Below, one piece after another: positions 14,560 to 21,216 of a DNA stretch of 23,712 nt; the stretch's first letter is position 1, and the number at the start of each line of letters is the position of its first letter. The position numbers were made by a program, and so were the translations under genes. The stretch is from Oscillospiraceae bacterium (GTDB taxonomy: Bacteria > Bacillota > Clostridia > Oscillospirales > Oscillospiraceae). The stretch covers positions 1 through 23,712 of the forward strand of contig JAJQFY010000087.1 in NCBI GenBank assembly GCA_021200935.1, given 5' to 3'. Below the pieces are notes generated by a model. That model ran no database searches. It saw only the letters and a list, made by a program, of their open reading frames with translations, and had not been told where the DNA came from.

Positions 14560-15683
14560 CCAGCTTCTTTTGCCCGGGCCGGACGGAGCTTGCGGGAAAC
14601 CACACCGACCACCAGCGGGGGCGGGCCATGGCCGCCGCCATCGACCTTGGCATGACGGCGGAGGCCGCCCCCAACGGCACGGGCCTGATCCAGGTGTATT
14701 CCCAGGGCTACGCCCCGGTGGAGATCTCCCTGGACAGGCTGTGGCCGGAGGAGCGGGAGGTCGGGACCCCCGCCGCCCTGGTGCGGGGCATGGCCAGCAT
14801 TTTAGGCCAGAGCATGACCCTCCAGGGCTTTGTGGCCCATGTGGAGAGCCAGCTCCCCCCCGGGCGGGGGCTGGCCTCCTCCGCCGCCTTCGCCGTGCTG
14901 ATGGGGTATATCATGTCCTTCTTCTCCGGCAGCGGCCCCGCCGGGCCGGAGACGCTGGCCCGGGCGGCCCAGAAAGCGGAAAACCGCTGGTTCGGCAAGC
15001 CCTGCGGCCTGATGGATCAGATGGCCTGCGCCATGGGCGGCGCGGTGTATATGGATTTGCAGGAAAACAAATTTATCCCTATCGCCTGCGATTTGGAGGA
15101 GCTGGGCCTGGTGCTGTGCCTGACGGACACCGGCGGCAGCCACGCCGGGGCAGAGAGCGCCTACGCCCAAATCAGCCAGGACATGACCCAGGTGGCCCAG
15201 CGCTTTGGCGCGGCGTTTCTGGCCCAGGTGCGCCCCGCCGACTTTGAGGCCCAGTGGCCCTTCCACCAGGAGGAGTTGCCCTGGATGCGGGCGCGGCACT
15301 TTTTCGACGAGACCTGGCGTGTCTCCTCCATGGCCGACGCCCTGGGCCTCCGGGACGGGGCGCGGTATATGGAGCTGATGAACCAGTCGGGCCGCAGCTC
15401 GGAAACGCTGCTGCAAAACATCCAGACCGATGGTCTCGGCTCGGAGCTTTCCCAGGGGCTTGACGCCTCGGCCAGGCTTCTCAAGGGCCGGGGCGCCTGG
15501 CGGGTACACGGGGGCGGCTTCGCCGGGTGCGTCCAGGCCCTGATGCCGGCGGAGGAGTTCCCCCGCTATCAGGCGTCCATGGATCTCCTCTTCGGCCAGG
15601 GCGCCTGCCAGCCCATCCGCATAACCCCCCAGGGCGCAGGCGTCCGCAAAAGCGACCCCGCCCCCCAGCCGAGCGAGCGATAA
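14556..15683 (+). CDS. Galactokinase-family GHMP sugar kinase
   Basis: 375 aa. PGRTELAGNHTDH, GHMP motif PPGRGLASSAAF and GKPCGLMDQMA. ATGA overlap with the transketolase C-subunit stop. Confidence 0.9.
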   Translation: MTSFFCPGRTELAGNHTDHQRGRAMAAAIDLGMTAEAAPNGTGLIQVYSQGYAPVEISLDRLWPEEREVGTPAALVRGMASILGQSMTLQGFVAHVESQLPPGRGLASSAAFAVLMGYIMSFFSGSGPAGPETLARAAQKAENRWFGKPCGLMDQMACAMGGAVYMDLQENKFIPIACDLEELGLVLCLTDTGGSHAGAESAYAQISQDMTQVAQRFGAAFLAQVRPADFEAQWPFHQEELPWMRARHFFDETWRVSSMADALGLRDGARYMELMNQSGRSSETLLQNIQTDGLGSELSQGLDASARLLKGRGAWRVHGGGFAGCVQALMPAEEFPRYQASMDLLFGQGACQPIRITPQGAGVRKSDPAPQPSER

Positions 15684-15802
15684 GCTCACTGTGCCGGGCG
15701 GTTCCCGTGGGGGGAACCCCTCCACCGCCCTTGTAACGTGGTGCGAACGGGGGAACCCCTCCGTCAGCGCCAAGGCGCTGCCACCTCCCCGCCATGCGGG
15801 GA

Positions 15803-16036
15803 GGGAACCCCTCCACCGCCCTGTTCGGGCGGTCCCCCTCCCCTTTCAGGGGAGGCTTCTATCGTTGTAGCCTGCTCCATTCAACGAACTGCGAAGCAGG
15901 CAATCCTCTCCTCTAGTGCGTACTAATTTAGACGATAGTTTGCCACGCAGTGCGTAATAACCCGCCAGCGTTGTATTATGAAAGCCTCCCCTGAAAGGGG
16001 AGGGGAACCATGCGCTAGCATGGTGGAGGGGTTCGC
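15803..16036. mobile_element. MITE-like 234-bp element with ~57-bp imperfect terminal inverted repeats around a lower-GC core
   Basis: The left arm (15803-15859) matches the reverse complement of the right arm (15980-16036). Both arms share GAACCCCTCCACC and TCCCCTCCCCTTTCAGGGGAGGCTT blocks separated by a different small hairpin. Confidence 0.55.
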
Positions 16037-16055
16037 CGCCCCGCCAGGGGCGGCC

Positions 16056-16083
16056 CAGCGCGGGCAAAAGACCCGCCGCCCCC
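16056..16083 (-). repeat. Partial copy C of the post-terminator element (left-arm motif only, inverted orientation)
   Basis: The reverse complement reads GGGGGCGGCGGGTCTTTTGCCCGCGCTG, matching the first ~28 nt of copies A and B. Confidence 0.6.
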
Positions 16084-16091
16084 ATAAGAAG

Positions 16092-16134
16092 GGGGCCTAG
16101 TCAAACCCACCCAGGGTTCGACCAGGCCCCTTTT
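16092..16134. terminator. Terminator hairpin downstream of the LysR gene
   Basis: GGGGCCTAGTC / GACCAGGCCCC stem with T4 on the plus strand and CTTCTT on the minus strand. Confidence 0.55.
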
Positions 16135-16137
16135 CCA

Positions 16138-17025
16138 CTACCTGCCGCCGTATTGTTCCTGTATTTCCCTCAAAAATTCTTCGGCGGCACGACTCAGTCT
16201 CCGGCTCTTGTCCCAGATGAGAACATAGGAAGCCCATACCTCCGGGTTTACCAGGCGCTTGACCCGGACGGAGGGGTCGGCCCCGATGTCGGCGGAGGCG
16301 GGATAGATGGTGATGCCCACGTTCCGGCGGGTCAGCTCGTAGGCGTTCAGCATATGGGACATCCGGCAGCGGATGTTCAGCACCCCCTCGTCGGACTCCG
16401 TCCAGCCCAGGATCTCCTGCAGCCGGGACTCCCGGGAGGGGATGATCAGGTCATACTGGGTGACGCGCTGAAAATCCACCGTGTCCCCCGGCTCCGCCGC
16501 CAGGGGGCAGGCGCTGGGAATCATGGCCACCCACGGCTCCGAATAGACGGGTAGGGCGTTGACCCCCTCCGCGTTGTGTGGCTCCATAATAATGGCCAGG
16601 TCGCACAGCCCCTTCATCAGCCGGTTGATCACGTCGTCGGAGCTGCCGTTCCAGAGGTTGTAGGTGATATAGGGATTCTCCTTTTGAAATCCGGCGATCC
16701 ACTGGGCCACCAGGGCCGGGGCGTGGCCCTCCACCGAGGCCAGATAAATCGTCCCATGGAGGCCGGTTTGGATCGCCTTCACGTCCTCGGTGGATTTCTG
16801 CACCAGATCCAGCACCCGCACGGCGTACTGCCGGAAAACCTGCCCCTCGTCCGTGAGCTGAAGGGCGTGAGGCTTGCGGAGGAAAAGCTGCACCCCCAGC
16901 TCCTCCTCCAGATCCTTAATCTGGCGACTCAGGGGCGGCTGGGCCATACACAGCTTCTCCGCCGCACGGGTGAAGCTCATCTCCTCCGCTACCGCCAGGA
17001 AATACCGAAGGTGCCGCAGCTCCAT
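16138..17025 (-). CDS. LysR family transcriptional regulator
   Basis: 295 aa. N-terminal HTH MELRHLRYFLAVAEEMSFTRAAEKLCMAQPPLSRQIKDLEEELGVQLF. RBS AAGGAGG. Confidence 0.95.
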   Translation of the reverse strand: MELRHLRYFLAVAEEMSFTRAAEKLCMAQPPLSRQIKDLEEELGVQLFLRKPHALQLTDEGQVFRQYAVRVLDLVQKSTEDVKAIQTGLHGTIYLASVEGHAPALVAQWIAGFQKENPYITYNLWNGSSDDVINRLMKGLCDLAIIMEPHNAEGVNALPVYSEPWVAMIPSACPLAAEPGDTVDFQRVTQYDLIIPSRESRLQEILGWTESDEGVLNIRCRMSHMLNAYELTRRNVGITIYPASADIGADPSVRVKRLVNPEVWASYVLIWDKSRRLSRAAEEFLREIQEQYGGR

Positions 17026-17045
17026 GGCTTCTGCCTCCTTTGTCC

Positions 17046-17060
17046 ATACAAAATAAGTAT
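17046..17060. promoter_or_regulatory. LysR-type T-N11-A box
   Basis: ATAC-N7-GTAT dyad, 21 nt upstream of the LysR start codon in the divergent region. Confidence 0.4.
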
Positions 17061-17083
17061 CGCTGTGGGTTTATTATATGTAT

Positions 17084-17112
17084 TTTACAATAGAAAGTCA
17101 ATGGGTTATAAT
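17084..17112 (+). promoter_or_regulatory. Promoter divergent from the LysR gene
   Basis: TTTACA-N17-TATAAT. Confidence 0.5.
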
Positions 17113-17194
17113 AAAGACAACAAAGGAAGAAGAAAGCTAGCTAGCGCTGATTCATACCACACCACTGTTTCCAATCTATGAAGGAGGTGCCGAC

Positions 17195-17266
17195 ATGAAA
17201 AACATCTTTAAGACCGTGGAGGATTTCCTGGAAAGATATTTTGCGTGCTTTTCCATCACATTCTGA
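17195..17266 (+). CDS. 23-aa small ORF (MKNIFKTVEDFLERYFACFSITF), the only candidate divergent LysR target
   Basis: GAAGGAGGTG SD lies 7 nt upstream of the ATG. A promoter sits upstream and a strong terminator 30 nt downstream. No family recognised. Confidence 0.35.
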   Translation: MKNIFKTVEDFLERYFACFSITF

Positions 17267-17295
17267 TCGTAAATAAACCCGCCCAGCCGAAAAAA

Positions 17296-17333
17296 AGAGG
17301 GCCTGTCCGAAAGGGCAGGCTCTCTGATTTTTT
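17296..17333 (+). terminator. Rho-independent terminator after the small ORF
   Basis: AGAGGGCCTG..GAAA..CAGGCTCTCT stem followed by T6. Confidence 0.75.
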
Positions 17334-17344
17334 AGAGGCAGCGG

Positions 17345-17386
17345 CGAATAAAAAAGCACTGCGGCTTTTTATGCCGCAGCGCTTTT
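17345..17386 (-). terminator. Rho-independent terminator of the PPIase gene
   Basis: GCACTGCGGC / GCCGCAGCGC stem with T6 on the minus strand. Confidence 0.8.
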
Positions 17387-17409
17387 CAGTTTCAGGCCGT
17401 GGTTATATA

Positions 17410-18903
17410 TTAGTGGTTCTTGCCGCACATACCCAGGTGGCTGGTGGTGACAGTGACGGCGCTCTCGGCCTCCTCCAGCCAGGCGGAGTAGTCCTCGCTG
17501 CGCTTGGCGGTGTCGGCCTGGTACTGGGCGTAGGTCAGGTCGCTGGCTCCCACATAATAGACGACATGGGCGCCGGTGTAGCTGGAGCCGCTGTAGGTGA
17601 CGACGGTGGTGTCCCCGGCCTCACGGCCATCCTCGAACAGCCAGTCGTTGATCACGTCCACCATCTCGTTCTGGTACACGTCCTCATACAGGCCGCCCAC
17701 GGTGTTGGAGCCGGTGTCGGTGGAATACTCGTTGGCAAGCTCAGCAAAGCTGTCCTCGGTGGCGTCCCCGGCCAGCCACTCATCATAGATGGCCTGGGCC
17801 TCCTCCTCGGCGGCGGCGATCTCCTCGTCGGAATACTCGCCGTCCTCGTCTGTGTCCTCCGCCTCGATGAGGATGTGGCGGAAGTTAGTCATGTAATAGC
17901 TGTTGTCGTTCCGGCCCAGGAACATGATGATGTAGCTGGCGCTGTCGGTCTCGATAACCGTGGCGTCGCCCACCTCCCGGTCGGCGTCCAGAAGCCACTC
18001 GGAATAGGTGCTGGAAAGGCTGCTCCCGGCGTAGGACAGGCTTGTTACCTCCGCCTCATAGTTCTCGGACATATAGGTCTCGAAGGTCTCCAGGTCGGTG
18101 CCGTCGATGGCCTCCGCCACGGCCTCCGGGTCGATGGCGTCCTCGTCCTCGTCGTCACTGCTGCTGGTGCTGAGGTAGTAATAGGCATAGTCGATGACGT
18201 CATAGGAGTCGGCGTTCTCGGTATAATACTCGTCCAGCTCGTCGGTGGTGTACTCGAAGCCGTCATACAGGGACTGGGCATAGGAGGAGGCCAGGTAGGT
18301 GCGGTACAGCTCCTGCTCCACCAGCTCATAGGTAACACCCTTGCCGTAGACCAGGTTTATATACTGCTCAAGGTTGGAATAGCCGTTGGACTCCCAAGAG
18401 GTCTGGATGCTCTCCAGGGCCTCCTCATACTCGGCCTGGTAGTCCTCGTCCATGGTGTAGCCCGCCGCCTCCGCCTCGTTGCAGAGGAGCTGCACCTCTG
18501 TCATGGTGTCGATAGCGGAATCCATGAAGTAGTCACGCCAGGTGTACCCCTCGGAATACTCCTGGTCGGCCAGGCTGGTTTCTGTGTCGAAGAAGTAGCC
18601 AAGGAGGACATAGTAATAGTAGTTGTTGTAGAAGCTTATGTAGCTGCTGGAATAGTAGTAGTTCATCTGGGCTACGGTATAGTCCGTCCCGTCGATGGTG
18701 ACAGCCGTGGTGTGGCGGCTGGGCCAGGCGGAATTGTAGATGAACACGAAGGCAAAAAGCACGACAATGACAGCCGCCACCACGGAATAGGTGATGGTGG
18801 ACTTCCGGCGCTGCTTTTTGGCCTCGGCCTCGGCGATAGACTTTTTGTCCAGTCCCGCCGCGATTTGTTCCTTGCGGAGTTTCTTGTCTTTGGATGCACT
18901 CAT
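17410..18903 (-). CDS. Membrane-anchored peptidylprolyl isomerase (parvulin/PrsA-like)
   Basis: 497 aa. N-terminal TM helix (ITYSVVAAVIVVLFAFVFIY). C-terminal rotamase region (FRHILIEA...STDTGSNTVGGLYEDV). Confidence 0.88.
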   Translation of the reverse strand: MSASKDKKLRKEQIAAGLDKKSIAEAEAKKQRRKSTITYSVVAAVIVVLFAFVFIYNSAWPSRHTTAVTIDGTDYTVAQMNYYYSSSYISFYNNYYYYVLLGYFFDTETSLADQEYSEGYTWRDYFMDSAIDTMTEVQLLCNEAEAAGYTMDEDYQAEYEEALESIQTSWESNGYSNLEQYINLVYGKGVTYELVEQELYRTYLASSYAQSLYDGFEYTTDELDEYYTENADSYDVIDYAYYYLSTSSSDDEDEDAIDPEAVAEAIDGTDLETFETYMSENYEAEVTSLSYAGSSLSSTYSEWLLDADREVGDATVIETDSASYIIMFLGRNDNSYYMTNFRHILIEAEDTDEDGEYSDEEIAAAEEEAQAIYDEWLAGDATEDSFAELANEYSTDTGSNTVGGLYEDVYQNEMVDVINDWLFEDGREAGDTTVVTYSGSSYTGAHVVYYVGASDLTYAQYQADTAKRSEDYSAWLEEAESAVTVTTSHLGMCGKNH

Positions 18904-18950
18904 GTTTTCACACGCCCTTTGCGGTAATTTTCATCGAACTCAACCACAGT

Positions 18951-18979
18951 ATTATAGTACATCTGTCCCGCCGTTTCAA
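18951..18979 (-). promoter_or_regulatory. Promoter of the PPIase gene
   Basis: Minus strand TTGAAA-N17-TATAAT. Confidence 0.55.
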
Positions 18980-19038
18980 GTTTTTTCTGCGGAGGAAGGG
19001 ATTATTTACAGTTTAAACACACAATTATGTAAACAATA

Positions 19039-19067
19039 TTGCAATATTTCTCCGTTTCCGATATAAT
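19039..19067 (+). promoter_or_regulatory. Promoter of the NYN-domain gene
   Basis: TTGCAA-N17-TATAAT. Confidence 0.5.
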
Positions 19068-19097
19068 TAAGGGGATGAACGAAGGGAGAATGACGCC

Positions 19098-19952
19098 ATG
19101 TCACCGAACGACAACAACGACCACAATATGCGCCTGGCGGTTCTGATTGACGCGGACAACGCGCCCAGGGACTGCCTCAAGGGCATTATGGAGGAGGTAG
19201 CCATCTACGGCACCCCCAATATCAAAAAGGCCTATGGGGACTGGTCTACCCGGAACCTGGCGGGGTGGAAGCAGACCCTTTTGGATAACTCCGTCACCCC
19301 GGTGCAGCAGTTTGCCTACACCAAGGGGAAGAACTCCACGGACTCCGCCATGGTCATTGACGCCATGGACATCCTCTATTCCGGGAATACGGACGGGTTC
19401 GTCCTGGTGTCCTCAGACAGCGACTTCACGGGCCTGGCCCGCCGCCTGCGGGAGGCGGGGCTGTTCGTCATCGGCATTGGGGAGCAGAAGACCCCCAGCC
19501 CTCTGATCGCCGCCTGCAACAAGTTTATTTACATCGAGGTCATCCGGGAGCGCTCCGCCAAGACAGAGACCAAGGCCGCCCAGCCCGCCAAAAAGAAAAA
19601 GGCGGAGCCGGCCAAGAAAAACGAACCCGCCAAAAAGTCAGAACCCGCCAAAAAGGCGGAGCCGGAGGTAAAGCCCTCCCCCGCCGAGGAGCGGCAGATC
19701 CCCGACAGCATTATATGGCTGATCGCCGACTCCATCCTGGATCTGGCCGGTACCGGGGACAACGACTACGTCCCCCTGGCCGCCGTGGGCCAGCTCATCC
19801 AGAAAAAGCGCCCCGACTTCGACACCCGCAGCTACGGCTACTCCAAGCTCTCCGGCATGGTGAAGGCCATCGACCGCTTTGAGGTGGTGGAGCGGGAGGA
19901 CAAGTCCGACCCGAGGTCGAAGCTGGTGTATATCCGCGATTTAGAAATATAA
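19098..19952 (+). CDS. NYN (LabA-like) ribonuclease-fold domain protein with C-terminal OST-HTH/LOTUS domain
   Basis: 284 aa. RLAVLIDADN...FVLVSSDSDFTGLARRLREAGLFVIGIG is NYN-like. A (E/A)PAKK x4 linker is followed by a LOTUS-like C-terminus (YVPLAAVGQLIQKKRPDFDTRSYGYSKL). Confidence 0.9.
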   Translation: MSPNDNNDHNMRLAVLIDADNAPRDCLKGIMEEVAIYGTPNIKKAYGDWSTRNLAGWKQTLLDNSVTPVQQFAYTKGKNSTDSAMVIDAMDILYSGNTDGFVLVSSDSDFTGLARRLREAGLFVIGIGEQKTPSPLIAACNKFIYIEVIRERSAKTETKAAQPAKKKKAEPAKKNEPAKKSEPAKKAEPEVKPSPAEERQIPDSIIWLIADSILDLAGTGDNDYVPLAAVGQLIQKKRPDFDTRSYGYSKLSGMVKAIDRFEVVEREDKSDPRSKLVYIRDLEI

Positions 19953-19953
19953 T

Positions 19954-20028
19954 ATGTATATCAAAAACGGCATTGCCTATGCCGGGGACGCACCGCGGCC
20001 TGTGAAGGTCAGCGGGGTGCGGGTGATA
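19954..20028 (+). pseudogene. Possible 5' remnant of a DUF2442-like gene truncated at the TA cassette boundary
   Basis: MYIKNGIAYAGDAPRPVKVSGVRV resembles the N-termini of DUF2442-type small proteins (recalled). There is no SD, and the resemblance ends where the PIN gene 3' end begins. Confidence 0.2.
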
Positions 20029-20454
20029 CTATGCCCCGCTTCCTGCCAAGCGCTCCATGAACGCTGTAGGGGTGAGCGCAGGAACGGCGGCAGCGGAAAA
20101 GTCCTTTAAATTTCTTGTGATAATGTACTCCACACCGCTTCGGCAGGCCGTTTCCGCCAGGATTCCGTCCTCAAAATCGGAAACTGGGGACGTGAGCGCG
20201 TTCCTGCAATCCAGGGCTGTGGTGTCCAGGATGCCGAAGGACAAAAATAGCTTTTTCAGCATGGCTCTGGTCTGCTCATCGCTGTGAAGACTGCGGTGCA
20301 TAATATAGTAAATATCCGCCACGGATTTCGCGGGGATAAAGCCGGAAACCTCCCCCCTCGCCACCGCAAGGCACAGGGCCTGGGCGTCCTTAGCGAAGGG
20401 TTCCCTCTGCTGCAAAGCGTCGATGATGACGCAGGTATCCACAATAACGTTCAT
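20029..20454 (-). CDS. PIN-domain toxin (VapC-like) of a type II TA system
   Basis: 141 aa from MNVIVDTCVIIDAL, with acidic residues in PIN-like spacing and an IITRNLKDF motif. ATGA overlap with the antitoxin stop. The longer ORF start at 20511 was rejected. Confidence 0.9.
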   Translation of the reverse strand: MNVIVDTCVIIDALQQREPFAKDAQALCLAVARGEVSGFIPAKSVADIYYIMHRSLHSDEQTRAMLKKLFLSFGILDTTALDCRNALTSPVSDFEDGILAETACRSGVEYIITRNLKDFSAAAVPALTPTAFMERLAGSGA

Positions 20455-20666
20455 ATGCCCCGCAGCCGCTCCTCCCGCGCTTCCTCCTGGGTGATGTCCG
20501 CCGGGATGCATCCGAAGAGGGACTCCATGGCCTCCACTCTGTCCTGGTTGTTGTTCACCAGCTTCACCGTCACCCTGCCGTTTCGGGAAATGAAAATGTC
20601 CTCCGTCTCCGCCAGGGCCAGATACTTCCCAAGATTCAGCTTAAACTCTGTGGCTGTAATGGTCAT
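20451..20666 (-). CDS. Phd/YefM-like antitoxin
   Basis: 71 aa from MTITATEFKLNLGKYL, with AGGAGG upstream. The upstream in-frame ATG at 20690 contains the SD and was rejected. Confidence 0.85.
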   Translation of the reverse strand: MTITATEFKLNLGKYLALAETEDIFISRNGRVTVKLVNNNQDRVEAMESLFGCIPADITQEEAREERLRGI

Positions 20667-20696
20667 AAGACCGCCTCCTTTTGATTTCATACTTCC

Positions 20697-20738
20697 ATTA
20701 TATCCGAATCGAACGGAAAAGGCAACAGCAATCGAACG
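20697..20738 (-). promoter_or_regulatory. TA operon promoter with flanking direct repeats (operator candidates)
   Basis: Minus strand TTGCCT-N17-TATAAT. CGTTCGATT direct repeats (plus-strand 20707-20715 and 20730-20738) bracket the -35. Confidence 0.45.
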
Positions 20739-20801
20739 AAAGTGTCAGCAAGACTGGGAACATTTTCCCCTCCGCCCCGGTGAAATTTTGGGAAACGGGG
20801 A

Positions 20802-20830
20802 TTGGCAAACAAGGGGAAATCCTGTATAAT
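20802..20830 (+). promoter_or_regulatory. Promoter of the long leader upstream of the surface-protein gene
   Basis: TTGGCA-N17-TATAAT. No comparable promoter was found between 21078 and 21217. Confidence 0.55.
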
Positions 20831-20926
20831 GTTGGCACAGAGAAAAACCCGGCCATCTGGTGAATTTTGGGAAAAATTCACAGAATAGGACTTGATAAAA
20901 TGAAATTCGCCTCCATAATCTGGATA

Positions 20927-20984
20927 GAACGAACGAACGAACGAACGAACGAACGGCAGGCAGACAGACTGGCTGGCTGGCTGG
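20927..20984. repeat. Phased tetranucleotide tract: (GAAC)7 (GGCA)2 GACA GACT (GGCT)3
   Basis: Read directly: 14 consecutive tetramers, all starting with G. Confidence 0.95.
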
Positions 20985-20998
20985 GTCTGTCCCTTTTT
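20959..20998 (+). terminator. Terminator-like hairpin whose loop is the (GGCT)3 part of the repeat tract
   Basis: GACAGAC (20963-20969) pairs with GTCTGTC (20985-20991), followed by CC and T5. Confidence 0.45.
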
Positions 20999-21030
20999 GC
21001 TGCTCTGAAAGGAATATAGACTTTTCTTCC

Positions 21031-21077
21031 GGCGCGTTTCGCCCGTGGTGCCTCCACGGGCGGGACGCGCCTTTTTT
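21031..21077 (+). terminator. Strong intrinsic terminator within the leader
   Basis: GGCGCGTTTCGCCCGTGG / CCACGGGCGGGACGCGCC stem followed by T6. Confidence 0.8.
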
Positions 21078-21216
21078 GCGTTGCCGAAAGCGGGTGATAG
21101 ACTCGTCATAGAACCCCGGCCCGCAGGAGGGGCCATGATGACGCAGGCCGCACACGACGGCTCAAGGCGGGATGCCCCGCCATCGTGAATCCGTTTGTGA
21201 AAGGAAACACAAAACC

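Noticed and set aside
15527-16085. Several 60-110-aa ORFs on both strands in the hairpin-rich intergenic region after the kinase gene.
   Set aside because: They are Pro/Gly/Arg-rich translations of palindromic repeats, mutually overlapping, with no start signals.
20455-20511. N-terminal extension of the PIN toxin ORF (160-aa version), and the MKSKGGGL extension of the antitoxin (20667..20690).
   Set aside because: The toxin extension overlaps the antitoxin coding region. PIN domains start at the MNVIVDT-type motif. The antitoxin extension contains the AGGAGG that serves as SD for the internal ATG.
20900-21019. 39-aa plus-strand ORF reading through the (GAAC)7 tract (MKFASIIWIERTNERTNERQADRLAGWLGLSLFAALKGI).
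   Set aside because: It has only a weak, distant AGGA as an SD, and the amino-acid periodicity is a by-product of the DNA repeat. It is kept as a note within the leader finding.
21172-21216. Upstream in-frame start (MPRHRESVCERKHKT) of the surface-protein ORF.
   Set aside because: The signal peptide begins at the MKKRLF start (21217). The extension would bury it, and the extension has no SD.
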